The notes beneath the pieces were generated by a model, which saw only the letters and a list, made by a program, of their open reading frames with translations, was not told where the DNA came from and made no database searches. The position numbers and the translations under genes were made by a program. This document shows, in pieces, positions 12,910-26,509 of a stretch of 64,000 nucleotides of DNA (its first letter is position 1; every line of letters starts with the position of its first letter). The stretch is from Vezdaea acicularis (Eukaryota). The stretch spans positions 1-64,000 of the forward strand of contig JAPEUI010000065.1 in the NCBI GenBank assembly GCA_026025075.1, given 5' to 3'.

Positions 12910-15900
12910 TCAGTCGTAACTTCCGAGTCCAACTTGACTGGCAAATGCCGTGGAGACGCTGCGAACATCGTCGTCTTCGAGAACCGCATTGGCCCCTCGA
13001 GCCCGAAGGTTGCGTCCAGGGTACGAATTTTCTGCATCGTGCCCGCCGGTCTTGTACTCCGCACCACGGCCACCAGATTCAACGTATCGCTTCAGGCGGT
13101 CCGACTGGCTTAAGCTGGTCTGCTTTCCAGCATCTTGCAGACTGATCCCAGCGCCGAGGCTAACGCCACCCTGGCCTACGGACCTGCCGTCTACTACGCT
13201 TGCGCCATTTGTGGTATCCGTGAGTTCACTAGCAGCCACTGATTCACCGGCAACACTTCCAGCCACTCGTCCACGAGAGCCGTTCCCACCACGGCCTCCC
13301 CCAGGAAGAGTGGGCCAAGTGTCAGCGGTGAAGCCAGAGAACATAGGCGGAAAGGCCGCGGCGACCCCAACGCCACCAAGCGCTGATGAGTGGACAGAAG
13401 ATACATCATCGGGGATATATCCTATAGTAGATCCATTATCGGTGTATTCTTGACGTGGGTTCTTGTGGGGTCCATTACGACCATTGGCGGCGTTTGCACC
13501 ACCGATACTTGCAGCAAGGTTGGAAGCATTCTGATAAGCCATTTGATAACGTTGAGGGCCACGATACGTCTGCTTCGGTCGGCTAAATTGCAGTAGAGAT
13601 ACCTGTAGGTTAGAGAGTGGACCCTCAACAAGACAGTTTCGCTCCTTGAAGTGTAGCAAGAGGTAATGCCAGAGAGGATGCTTCGAGAGAACCTTCGGAT
13701 TGCCTAGGATGACGAGACCGTATTTCGCTCGAGTCAGGGCGACATTCAACCGTCGAGGATCGCTCAAGAAACCAATTCCTTGGTGGTCGTTCGAGCGGAC
13801 ACATGAAAGTACGATGAAGTCTTTCTCACGACCCTGAAAGGCGTCCACCGAGGCAACCTCGATCTCCTTGTAATTCTCCTTCTTAAAGGTGCCATTTGCC
13901 TGCATGGAGCTGACCACATAACTCCGCTGTCCTTCATAGGGGGTTATGATGCCGATGTCGCCAGGATGAACGCCTGCTTTGAAGAATCGGGTAATGATCT
14001 TCTCGACGTTGGTTGCTTCAGTACGGTTGAGGTATGACGTCCCAGAGGCCGAGATCTCTTCGTTGCCTAGGTTCGACCAGAACATCATTGGTGCATCAAC
14101 TACTGGCCAAGGGAAATCCACATCTCGACGAAGCCGCTGTTGCATGGTCACGCCATTCTGAAGTGAGCCTTCGTAGAACATGTTCGAGGGGAATTCGGAT
14201 AGACAGGGGTGCATGCGGTATTGCACATTGAGTCGAATTGGAGCACAGCCTAGGATCACAAGACGTTCGAAAAGTGACTGATTCAATCCAGCTTTGGCAG
14301 CTTTCTTGTTCATAATGACCGGGCCCAGCTGCTGGTGATCTCCTACAAGGACGACTTGCTTGCATCCCAAGACAAGCGGGATCATACACTCAGGCTCGGC
14401 TGACTGAGTAGATTCATCGATGAGGACGGTACGAAACTTGAGCTTTGCAAGACGAGGATCACCCGCGCCAACGCAAGTACAGCAAATGACATCTGCATTC
14501 CCGAGTATTTCTCGTTCGGCATTACGTGTCAACTGCTTGAACTTCTTCTCATCCTGGCTTGACAGCTCGCCCAACTCGTTCTTAAGCTGGCTGAGCTTGG
14601 TCAATTCCACATTACTGTCATTCATTCGGACCTGCTCGTGTAAAGAAAGGAAGCCAACGGGAGATTCAACATCTTCACGAGACTTAGCCGTCAAACGGAC
14701 CGTCTTCAAGCCAGTTCGATGTATTCGCTCGCAGAGCTGATCGACAGCAACGTTCGAGGGGGCACAGACCAAAACTTGGCCTTGGTTGATCTTCGCCAGA
14801 TGATAGATAATCGTGGCCGAGGTCACGGTTTTTCCCGTGCCAGGAGGGCCTTGGATCAAGCTCAATGGCTTTTGGAGGACATCTTTAACGGCATGGATTT
14901 GACTACCGTTGAGTTCCGGCAGTCCAGGAACGCTGAACTTTCTCGGGATCTGAGTCTTCATCGCTGCTGCTGCAACTTCATGGCCAAGTAAGCGGTGGAA
15001 GATATAGCCAGAGACACTCATCTCGTCGACCGCGAAAGTTTTCATAGCCAGCTGCATGCGATCGAATGAGGTTGCCTTCCATACGTAGTCTGCAGTGAAA
15101 TTATGGGTGCACTCCGTAGGAACAGACTTGTCGTTGCCGTGTCTTCTCAGCTCGATCGTTACTTCATCGGATTGATTATTGGGAATCTTGACGACATATC
15201 CTACACCCTCCCATTGCGGACGAAGCTCTCCTACATATCTTAGACGCATCTCGTCTCCAACTGCAAGCTTGACGTCTCCTAGCTCGAGTTTTGGGAGCAC
15301 GAAGCTAGCAAGGTGCTTGTTGTTAAGGCCAAAATCCCATCGAACAATAAGCCCGTCTTGAGACTGTGATTCCTTCAATTTACGATCGTAGTCAGCCTCG
15401 ATCTTGACTAACGGCCCGAACACGTTCTGATACTGAAAAGCGTCATCATAGCGGAGCAACACTGGCGCAGGCTCGTCATCGACTCCAGCCCCCTTCTCAA
15501 GATCAGCAATTGTCGCATTGCCATTCTCCTTCCAGAGCTCTTCCAGTTTCGCAATCATCTGCGGACTGAGGTGTCTTGCCCTTAGCTGTTCAGCGTCAGT
15601 AGGTAGAGCGACAAGCCAGGAGAGAAAGGATCTGTCCTCGATTAGCGGCTGCCAACGGGATGTGTCCCAGTTCATGTCCTTTGAGGATGGCATAGAAGCA
15701 CACGGCTGACGACAGAGCAGGACGACGACTGTGTCTGACTTGGCAGGAATGAAGCCAAGTAGAAAGACATTCTTAGTTCCGCAATTGTAGCATTCGAGTA
15801 CTGTATCTCCAAGCGAAGAGCCCGGGTGTAGCTGGACTTCTTTGTGGCGAGCGCGCACAAGATGGTTGATGATATGAGACGACGAAGTATTGCCTCTAGC

Positions 15901-16371
15901 GCTACAGAACCATTTACTACAAGCTAGACATTTGACGACAGTACTTGGTGCATGGATTCCGCAATATCTATATTAATAGTCTATTAGTCGTTGTCAAACC
16001 ATATGTACCGTAGTACAGTTTGCCACGCATAAAAGATATATGCCCTAGTGAACGTAGAGGAAGTCTACTTACGCGCAAGCATGAGCAGGGAGCGCCTTTT
16101 CTTCCTCAGGTCTCGTTCCAGCTTTACCCCGCACTCCGTTGACAGGCATACTGGCCAAGCTCTCAGCATCGTCGTCATCAAAGACATCTGTAGCCTCATC
16201 ATCCTCATCGTGGCGTCGCCTCCTAGGGCCTCCGTTCAAATTTCCTGGGCCATATTCCGTGTCTAGAAGGCTCTCATCTGGATCGATAGCGGAGAGGTCG
16301 TCACCAGCATTGATAGTGGAGGCAGAGTCTGAAATGAGGTGGTTGCCCAGGTGAGTAAACGCCCCTTCCAT
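12910..16371 (-). CDS. UPF1: Regulator of nonsense transcripts 1, SF1 RNA helicase; intron 16072-15968
   Basis: N-terminal CH zinc domain (HACA|YCGIH..., ECYNCG), Walker [37 protein letters not shown]. Confidence 0.97.
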
Positions 16372-16839
16372 CTCTTGATCCTTCCAGAGCTCCAAGCTCT
16401 CAGACAGGGCTGGTCGCGTTAATATTCCAAAGGGTGAGAAGAGGTGGTCTCAGGAAATTTTTCCTGCGTGCAATAGCGTGTTTCTTCCTCGGGGCAAAGA
16501 TGGGACAGTTCTCTTTCGGAGAGGAGTGAGAGATAGAGCCGAAGGATGAGAACGCGGCTCGTTAGAATGTATTTGGGACGCGGCCAGAAGTGTTCTGGCT
16601 CTTTGAAAGCCGTGTCACAGAGTAAGACCCTGCGGCATACTCTAGCGCTGGCTTATCGTGTTCACTCTGTCCATCTATCAAGCAAAAATGTTGCTTGTAT
16701 AAGCTCTGAGAGTGAAGGCGCTTGTTTGAGGTACACATATCGGGTCCTCGAGAAGCCCGCAAATCGGCAGTTGGGGCACGCCCCGCCAAATTGAAAGCGC
16801 GCTAAAATATTTCTTGCATTTGCCAGGTACGCCATGCCG

Positions 16840-16848
16840 AATTTTTCA
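16840..16848 (+). promoter_or_regulatory. RRPE-like element (AATTTTTCA) upstream of IMP4, in the divergent UPF1/IMP4 promoter
   Basis: Matches the core of the ribosomal RNA processing element about 60 nt upstream of a ribosome-biogenesis gene. Short motif, could be chance. Confidence 0.4.
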
Positions 16849-16905
16849 CCACGTAGTTCTTACAAAATCCATTTCTCAGGTGAAGGACATTAGGTCAACT
16901 GAAAC

Positions 16906-17843
16906 ATGATTGTAGGTTTCCTGTAATTCTCACTTAAGCCATCTACTGACAAGCCTGAAAGCGTCGGCAAGCCCGACAACGCAGAGACTACCTCTATCGA
17001 CGAGCCCTCACACTTCAAGCAGCATCAACTACAGCCAAGAGAGCAGCATTGAAGGAATCACTTGCCAGCGGCAAGCCCCTCGACCCGACTATCGCCAATG
17101 ACACACAATTAAGGGCCGACTACAAGTTTGACGAGTCAGTAGTCGACAGGACCACTGAGGACGAGCTCGCCCTTGATGATGAGTACGCCGCACTGAGTGG
17201 GATCATAGACCCTAGGATCCTTGTCACTACCTCCCGCGACCCTTCCTCGCGACTATCGACATTTTCAAAGGAGATTCGCCTATTGTTACCGACGTCGATC
17301 AGGCTCAATCGTGGTAATCTCATCCTCCCAAACCTCGTCTCCTCCGCCCAAGCGGCTGGTCTGACAGACATTGTCCTTTTACATGAACATCGCGGAACTC
17401 CAACGGCATTAACGATCTCACATTTCCCTCATGGGCCTACGGCTAGCTTCTCACTACACAACGTCCAGCTGCGTGCCGATATTCCCAATGCCTCGCGCGG
17501 CACGGTGTCGGAAAGCTACCCACATCTGATCTTTGAGAACTTCAACAGCAAGCTTGGGAAACGTGTGGCTCAGATATTAAAGCATGTATTTCCACCACGA
17601 GAAGGAGGCAAGAAGATTGGGAGTCGCGTTGTGACATTCAAGAATATTGAAGACAGCATCGAGATGCGGCATCATGTCTTTGTCAAGACGGGGTACAAGA
17701 GCGTTGAATTAGCTGAGGTTGGGCCCAGAATGACCATGCGCTTGTTCGAGATACGAAGTGGGACCCTGGAAAATAAAGATGGGGACGTTGAATGGAGGCT
17801 CAATCAGTACACGCGGACCAGCAGGAAGAAGGACTATCTCTGA
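16906..17843 (+). CDS. IMP4: U3 snoRNP protein Imp4 (Brix domain); intron 16912-16961
   Basis: Spliced start MI|RRQARQRRDYLYRRA; motifs TTSRDPSSRL, LHEHRGTP, HFPHGPT, ELAEVGPRMTM. Confidence 0.95.
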
Positions 17844-20800
17844 GCACCTATCCTCCGAGAAAGCGGACCGGTAGATTTGGCAAAAGGATCGAGCGATGAA
17901 TTCGAAGCGGAGCAACGACTTTCAACTCCCAGCCTTGGTCTCCGCCTTGCGGAATGATCCGCCGGTTGGGCTCGAAAAAAGAACCAGCCTCTATCGGGAA
18001 ATCTTGTACGACCTAGGAAGTTCCGAATAGAGCGAGAGAAAACATTCTACACCAGGCCTCAAGAATGCAGCCTGAGCTTGATCACCGCCACGATGCGGGC
18101 TACCGTTCGGTTTCTGCCGGCTATCTGCCTAGCATCCAGCAAAAAAAAAGCAAGCGCAGCGCCAAAGCCATGGCTTGCATTTCGTGATCCTAGATCTGGG
18201 ACTGGGGTATACAGCCCCCTCGACTGTATAGGCCCCAAGGAATCAGGGTCTGGCAATCACTGAAGGGGGTGCGCCCGCCTTGGTCGGAGGGTTTGCGAAC
18301 CCGGATCCGCCTGCATGGTAATCGGGCATGATCTAGCTTCAAGCTTCCATTGCACCTTCCCATCTCGTAGAAGACTGGCGGACGAGCAGGTGGGGTGCAT
18401 TGTCATCAAAATTCCCGTGACGTATCAGGTGGAAATAAACAATTAGACATGACCGCATTCTTACTCCGTGGGCACCTCGCACATCTCAATCACCCCATTT
18501 GCATTTGCATTGACAAGTCAGCCTTGCACGTTTCATACTAACTGTCCCAGACGACATCCCTCCCCAACGGAAATTTAGAGTTACGCTCGAGCCCGGTTTA
18601 CAATGGCCATCAGAAACGTAATATCGCGCGCCTCCGCCAGCTCACGGGCTCTCTCGCCGCGGCGGCGTCAGAGTAATAGTAGTAGTAAAATGAGATACCG
18701 CGTGCTGGGACCTGCACCTTCGAGACAACCACTGCGCCGCTGCATCACCGGGAGGTCACCGACGTCCTATGGCGCGATCAGGCGCGAGATCGCGTGAGCA
18801 TTCAGGAAGATACAAGGCTATGTACGCTAACAGGGCGTTTTGACTTTTCTTTTCTTTTTTGGGGGCTCTAGGTCTACTACTGGTATCGGGAGGAGCTCCA
18901 CCTTCACTGCTCCAAGCTTTTGTGACGTTTCTAGCTCTCGCGGGCTGTACGGGCCTGGCCTGATGGGGAGGCGACATCCTGTACAAGAAAGTGCGGGTTT
19001 GGTGGGAACTGACTTGGACTCGATCTGCTGTTTTCGGGGGTCGTGTGCTTGCTTTTCGCCAATTAAGATTGTTCTAGCGGGCTTCTAGAAGGGGGCGCGG
19101 TGGATCCACCTTTCTCGCGTCGCGAGTCCGAAAAGTCAAAAAAGCTACGGCGGAAACGACCGTGGGAAAAAAAGAGAAGTCAAACGCTCAACTCTCTCTC
19201 CCCGCATCTGCACCTTGCAAGTGACGCCAGGACGGGAATTTGAAATCTTGAGCTTCTTTACTTTTTTGGGGGGCTTTTGCGGGAGAGGAATGTGGGATGG
19301 GCGCTTTTCGCTGTGGCATTCGATACCAGGCGTTGGACCAGAAAGTAAGAGAGGAGAGAAGCTTCTAACGGCCAAGCCCGCTCGCCCGCTCAGACGCACA
19401 ATCTCTCGCCCCTCGCACTTAGCCAATCAGCGTAAGCCCACTGACTCGTCGAAAAGAAAAAGGACGGGCAACACTGACATCGGGGGCTTGCTGGGTCGTG
19501 TGCATCCTCTCTCCATCCAGCACAAGAGGTCATTGAACAGGGGAGAAAGGCAGGCAGGCAGATCGGCTGTCGCGCCATTTCGCACCTCACCTCGCCTCGG
19601 CAATTCCGCAGGTAAACGAAACGCCACTACTAGTACCGCCGAGTCACGCGATTCGCTACAATACACCCGGTGGACGCAGTATCTGTCCGAAGCAGCGGGC
19701 AGAGATAAGAGATCTGCCTCCCACTCTCTAGCGTTGCCCCCCCGGGGCTCATACGGAATGACGCTCATCATGCAGGGACCTGCCAACTCGCCTCGGCCCT
19801 TTTTCCCTCCATCCAGGTGCGATCGGTCTCTTATCTCGCAGCTTGTCTGCCCACGCACCGGATCAGCTTCCCCATTCGACCAATTTGTCCCCTGCTTAGC
19901 GCCGACGACCCAGCCAGCGAAACGAAGACGGCTCGGCTTAACGATTTTCCCGAGTTTGCCAAGGGGGGTGGGGTGTCGGAGCTCCCCGCCATGCGCTGCT
20001 CATCGTCCCATTCGCGTTTGGTTCTCTCCCTTTTCGTATCGTTGTCGTTGTTGGCTATGTCGCGCTAGGCTCGGCGCTGCTACTGTAGCACCGCCGTGGA
20101 AGGAATAACTTTCCGCCGGCGCGATACCGTGGTTGAATGTACGTGCCTGCCTTGTCTTTTCTCGCGCGGGACCAGCGAGCGCGCCCCGCCCATTTCACCA
20201 TATCTCGTGAGCTGTAAGAAAGGCCAGTTCCATTGCGCCTCTACCCGTGAAACGTCCGAGCGCGTCAGTCGCACCTCGCCTTGCAGCAGGCCCCTCCCCT
20301 CGAGTCCCCTTCGCAGCAAAGATACGTCCCCGCAGGCTTGTAACGGGCCCTTCATTTCCTTCGTTTGGGAGTGAGAGTGGATGACGAGCCGGCGGAGGGA
20401 TTGCTCGCCATCGCTGCGAGATGGGCGGGAGGTGCAGCCAGCGGTCGCGATCCGCGCTATCATTCGAGTGTATGATGGCGCTAGAAGCCGCGCTAGAGCA
20501 TCGACGGGGGGGAGGAGTGGGTTACCCGCCACAACTCGGGGCGGCCAGAAGGAGGAGGCGAGGGGAGGACGATGGGCGGGACGAGAGTGGGGAGACCAAA
20601 CGCCTCGGTTGAAAGCAAGCCACGGGAAGCCACGAATGAGGTGACGGGGTCACGAGCGCCGGTATCTGGGGGCGCCGATTGGAATGCCTGCGGGGCCTGG
20701 GGAAAGGCATGGATGCTGTCGGTCGACGGGTAGAGGAGCTGGATGCTGTGAGAGGGCGGACGGAGTAAGACAGCGACGGATTAGGGCCGAGATGGGGACG

Positions 20801-21638
20801 CGGGTCCGCCGCAGAAGAGAATACGAAGGAGAGCTTCCCTTGCGCGAATGGTTGGCCCCGCCACCCCGCAATCTCGCTCGTTTGTTTCTGCGCTTGATAT
20901 GCTCGATGCGTCGCTGCCGCCCGCCGTAGCTTCTTGCCGGCCTTCTGGAAGATCAACAAAGTCCGTCACTCCGGTAGCACCACGGCGCCGGCCCCTTGTC
21001 CTCGTCCTCGTACTCGCTGGGTACCGCCCTCAAACACCCGACGAGCGCACGGGCGAGGAGGCAGTCCGCGACCCAACGCATTGGCCAGCAACCCCCCTTG
21101 CTGCGGCCATGCATCATGCTGTTGTTGATGGGTCGCCATCGCAGATCTCGTGGGGAGGGCGAGGAAGTTCGGTCCCTCGATTGCATGCTAAACGGCCATG
21201 ATGGCGTCCCAAGGTTCCCCCCACCCCCATCAACCTCTCCTTGTCGTCGACGTCGTCTTCTTTCCCCCCAATCGCAGCCCACGCGATGCATTACTCTGTC
21301 GGTCTTCTTCCACCCCCCTTCTACACCCCTGCAACGGCGTTCCCTTTGGCAACTTCCTTAAAGGGCCCTCTCCGCCGCGGTGGGCTGCCGCACTAGCGCA
21401 GAGGCCCCGATGGTCTCGAACCTACGGGCCTAGGGTTATGCGCCCCCAAGCCCCGCCCTGCGCTCCGGCGGCCGAACTGGAAGGTGTCTCCATCTCGACT
21501 TTTGCAGCGTCAAGTGGGTAATCATCATCTGGCGGGGTGCAGGGCAAGAAGGCAGACCAGACCGGGGGGAGCAGTGCCACCGCAGGCAAACATGCCCGTA
21601 TCGCGTCTGGCTCGCGCCTCTCGCATCACCTCTTTCTC

Positions 21639-21668
21639 GATGGCGGATGGCGGATGGGCGGATGGCGG
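21639..21668 (+). repeat. Short tandem repeat (GATGGCG)n, about 4 imperfect copies
   Basis: gatggcggatggcggatgggcggatggcgg read directly. Confidence 0.7.
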
Positions 21669-22309
21669 GCAACCCACTGGCCCGGTCGAACGCTGATCCC
21701 GTCGAACCAACGGCCTGCCGGCGAGCGCGCGCGCGCATCGAAAAAAGCTTCGGCCAGCAAGGGCTGCTCACTGCCGTATCTTACCCACGGGCCATCGGGC
21801 GTGCGAGGAGGGTGTAGCTTGCGGCCTGCTAAGCTCATCCAGAGATAAACCAACCCCCCCTCTTCGAGACTGGCGAATGGCGATACGGCGTCGCGCCAAT
21901 CGTGCAATGCGTCGCACAGCTATATATGTTGAGCTGCATCGCAACCGTGCTCGCGGTTTTTCTGGTCGATCTCTCAAGAGTCTCTCCCTGTCGAGTCTTG
22001 ACAGTCCTCTCCAAACGAATCCCCCCAAAGCCAACAATCGCGCGAGCCCCTCTCCTCGTTGCTCCTCTTTGCTTTCGTCACTTGCGCCGTGCTCCACGCT
22101 GCAAGTCAGCCGGAAGACCGTGATACCCTCGTGTCACGCCGCTGCGCTGTGACCACCTCACTTCCTTCCTTCCTTCCAGAGGATCCTCCCACAGCCACGT
22201 GCTCTCTCATCCGTGAGAAAGTCTGGTCCACCGGCCCAGAAAAACAAGGGCAGAGTCTCATTTGCTCTCCTTCCCTTCACCTCGTTTGTGAATCACCACT
22301 CCCTTCACC

Positions 22310-24223
22310 ATGGACGCCGACGAGAAGGGTGCCGTGCCCACCTACACGTCTGAGTTCCGTCGTGGTTCGAAGGCAGAGATCGCCAAGGAGACGCAACTCG
22401 GCGAAGCTGCGGAGATCTACGGTGATATCGAGACCGCGGAGGACTATGGCTACGTCTCTCGAGGGTATGTGCATGCTGTGAGATGAGGGTGGTTTTCTAA
22501 AGCTGATATATGTGATTTAGACTCAAGTCTCGTCACATTCAGTTCATTGCCCTCGGTGGTACCATTGGAACTGGTCTGTTCTTGGGTATCGGCCGAGCCT
22601 TCCACAATGCCGGTCCATTGTCCGTTCTCCTCGGTGAGTCCATTGAATCTTTTCTTGTTTTTCCCCTGTAAAACAGTCAGAATATGCTCTGGAAAGAGCG
22701 TAGAAGTTGGGACTGAACAATCACTAACATTATTATTTCCAGGTTACACCTTCACTGGTCTTGCAGTCTTTGCCATGATGCAATGTCTTGGTGAGATGGC
22801 AACATGGCTTCCTCTCCCGGGTGCCATCCCGCAGTTCTGCGCTCGTTACGTCGACCCCGCGATGGGCTTCGCGGTTGGCTGGAACAACTGGTATGCCTCT
22901 GCTATAACACTGTGCGCAGAAATCTCGGCCGCCTCGATCGTGATCGGGTTCTGGAACGACAGCATCACACCAGGAGCGTGGATCACATTGATCATTGTGC
23001 TCGTGGTGGTGCTGAACATCGTTGCTGTAGCCGTGTACGGTGAAGCCGAGTTCATTTTCGCCTCCATCAAGATCATCACCATTCTCGGGCTACTCCTCAT
23101 GGCCTTCATCGTCGATCTCGGTGGCAACCCGCACCACGACCGCATCGGATTCCGGTACTGGAAGCACCCCGGTGCGATGAAGCCGTACGACTCCACTGGC
23201 AACACTGGCCGATTCCTCGGTCTTTGGTCCACGCTCGTCAACGCCGCTTTCTCGTATGGTGGCGTGGAGATGGTCGCCGTTGCCGCTGGCGAGGCTGAGA
23301 ACCCAAGGAAGAACATCCCCAAGGCTGTCCGCAGAGTGTTCTGGCGAATCCTCTTCTTCTATGTTCTCGGCTCCCTCGCCATCGGCGTCCTCGTTCCATA
23401 CGACGACCCGAACCTTCTTGGCGCCAACCCAGACGCCAAGAGCGACGCCTCGGCCTCCCCATGGGTCATTGCCATCCGCCGTGCAGGCATCAAGGTCCTC
23501 CCCTCCATCATCAACGCCGTCATCCTGACCTCCGCCTCTTCGTCCGCCAACGCCTTCCTCTACACCGGCTCGCGCTACCTCTACGCCCTCGCCCAGAACC
23601 GACAGGCCCCGCGCTTCCTCCTGCGGTGCACGAAGCTCGGCGTCCCGTACTGGTGCGTCGGCATCACCGCCTCCATCAGCGGGCTGACCTACCTCTCCCT
23701 CGGCAGCAGCGGCGCCTCGACCGCCTTCGAGTGGTTCCAGAACCTGACGACGATCGCCTCGCTCTTCACCTGGACGTCCATCTGCGTGGCGTACATCCAG
23801 TTCCACAAGGCGCTCAAGGCGCAGGGCATCGACCGCAACACGCTCGTCTTCAAGGCGCATTTCCAGCCCTACCTCGGCTGGATCGCCCTCATCTTCTTCT
23901 CCCTCATCATCATCTTCAACGGCTTCGACGTCTTCATCCACGGCAACTGGGACATCTCCAGCTTCCTCACCGACTACATCGGCATCGTCATCTACTTCGG
24001 CCTCTACGCCTTCTGGAAGATCTTCAAGCGCACCAAGTGGGTCAATCCCGCCGAGGCCGACATCTTCACCGGCAAGGCCGCCCTCGATGCCGAGGATGGC
24101 AAGTGGCCTGAGTTGCACCCCCGGAATATCTTTGAGAAGGTTAGTCTTATCCTCTTGCCCCCTCTTCGTTCACGACATCGGCTAATCTTCGTGCCTTTCT
24201 AGTTCTGGTTCTGGCTTGCATAA
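22310..24223 (+). CDS. Amino-acid permease (APC superfamily, YAT family); introns 22465-22520, 22634-22742, 24140-24202
   Basis: RG|LKSRHIQFIALGGTIGTGLF, YGEAEFIFASIK, AGEAENPRKNIPKA and many hydrophobic segments. Substrate cannot be determined from sequence alone. Confidence 0.93.
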
Positions 24224-24820
24224 GCGCCTACCATCTTCCGGTGGCTTTTCTCATGCTGCTCTGTTTTATCTTGCGTGCTTATACTCTTGGTCTTTTCAAA
24301 CTACGGCGGCTGGATGCTCACTCCCCGCTTTTCGATGGGTGTTGGCATAGCGGACTGGTTTGCCATAGAAACTGCAAATACATATGCTAATGAAACCTCG
24401 TCAAACAAAATGTCTGATGTGCACGTGCCGTTTTCGCCTACACTAGTTTGAGATTTGGGTATGAATGGATGAATGAATGAATGACTAATTAAGGAGTGAT
24501 TGATCAATGATCAACTAAATAAAGAAAATGTAAAGAAAAGGCCTATCCACTAATGGATCCGCTCCCTTCTGAATCCCCAGCACCAATTTTATGAAAGACA
24601 CACTCACCCGCCCATCCCGCTTCTCAATTCTGAATATACCAACCCTTCCCTCACCCCAACTCTCTCACAGCTGGACCCTTCCTGCATCGCTTGTCCAATC
24701 CAGCAAGAAAGTGAATGCGGCGCCGAAAAAGCCCGTGTTCTAACCAGAGCATAGGACGGAGGCGACAGGGGCGAGAGCTCCTGTTCTAGGAAGTCAAGGG
24801 CGGGTGTATAGGTTGCGCAC

Positions 24821-26509
24821 CTAAGGGAACTCGAGCTTGGTGCTATGAGTTGTAGGGGAGTGCGCTCGTTCGGTCTGAGAGGTCGAGCAGCTAGTGGCGG
24901 TTGCATCCGTTTCTTCTTCGTCTTCATTATTTTCGTCGTTGTTGTCGTCACCGCCGCTGGCTCCATCGCTGTCACCATCGCACTGGTCAGCTTCAACGAC
25001 ATCCTGCTCCACAGCCTCATCACCGCTTTGTTCGTCCCCGAATTCTTTGTCCTGGGTCCTACCCGTGCTTTCTGCGCGCTCTTTGATGCTTCCAGTCTCC
25101 GAGTCAATTTCCATGATGAAGCTTTCGTTACTAATATCATCGTCTTCATTTTCGTTGTTGCCATTGTCGTCATCACCACCATCTTCACCACACTCCACCT
25201 CCTCCGCGTCCCCAACTCTCCCATCCTCGCCATCCTGGGAAACAGCGACTTCGTCCTCGACAAGTCGTGGGTCTACCCAACCATACGGCATTATCCCTAC
25301 CGGCCGTCCCAGCTTAGGCGGGTCATACACAAAGAACTCGCCCGGTACCACCTCTGGAAGGGTGGGAAAGAGTTCGGCTATTTTCAGAGCGAGCTGCTCT
25401 CTGAGACCGGCACCGGGAGCTTCGTCGGCCGCACTGGACAGCGTACCCGCCTGCTGAAGCGGTTTGCCTCTTCCGCTCCCCTTTCCTCTTTCCTGACTCT
25501 GACTCCCACCATTCACATCTTGCTCCCCAACTTGACTCCCCTGACTGAAAGGTAGTACGACCAACTTCTGTGGATGGGCCGTAATCCGGTCGTCCCAGGC
25601 CCTTCCCGTTCTCTGCTTGAAGAACTTTTCGAAAGCAGCCAACGACGTCCCGAAGTAACTTGAGGGCGGCACTAGCTGTTGGATGATCTTCCTGCCCCAA
25701 GAACCCACCTGGAACGTCACGCTTGCGGCATAGAGAGGGGGTTGGGCGTGAGATTCCCATAGCTATGTCGCACGTACAAGTCAATGTCAGTGCGTGTTGC
25801 TACACTTGAAGACAAAGAGAAGTAGGAGGGCTTACCACGAGACGATACTTCTCCAACACCTGCTTCCCTTGCCTGTCTCTCCCCATGCGCCTCAGCACGA
25901 TATCGTACTCAAAAAACGTATGATCCCTAAACACATGATATAGATTTCTGGATAGTATTTCATCCGCAGCTGTGCTACCCTTAACAAAAGATTCTTCTGT
26001 ATGGGCCACTGCCGTCAGTAGGACGTTGGAAAGTGCAGTGGGGATAGGTTTGGGGAACGCACTGGCGGCCTTGATTTGCTTCTGGGCTTTGAGAAGAGCG
26101 CACTTCTTCTTGCGGGCTGCTTTATCAAGTGTGGCGAGCTCAAAGGGACGTTCTTTCAGGCGTCGCGGCGTTTTAGCTAGGAGGCACTGTTCGAGCCAGT
26201 CGATGGTGACGACGTGTGCGTGTTGAAACATGAGAGTTTGTTTGACTGGTGTTCAGAGTTAGCGGTCTCTGAAGGACCCCGGGAGAGGGGTAGCGCACCT
26301 TTCGTGACCTTTTTCTTCCAGTCTTCCTCCGTGCATAGCAGGTGTGTGATGTCGGCGCCGATGGTGCGGGCGAGCGTGCCACCGGCGCTGAGAATCCAAC
26401 CTTCGATCTTGTCGTGGGTGCGAGAGGTGCCAAAGTCGCCAGTTTGTGCGATGACTAGGCCGGCGAAAATCTTTTTGGTGGTGTTTTTGTTGAAGGTTTT
26501 GCGCGACAT
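24821..26509 (-). CDS. BRCT-domain protein with WGR-like domain and acidic tail; introns 26298-26246, 26062-26009, 25835-25763
   Basis: BRCT motifs (WILSAGG...ITHLLC...VVTIDWLEQCL), WGR-like C-terminal motif AFEKFFKQRTGRAWDDR and a D/E-rich tail. Exons join in frame. Confidence 0.75.

Noticed and set aside
23090..24118. 342 aa antisense ORF and 216 aa alternate-frame ORF over the permease
   Set aside because: Shadow ORFs explained by extreme C/G third-position bias of the permease codons.
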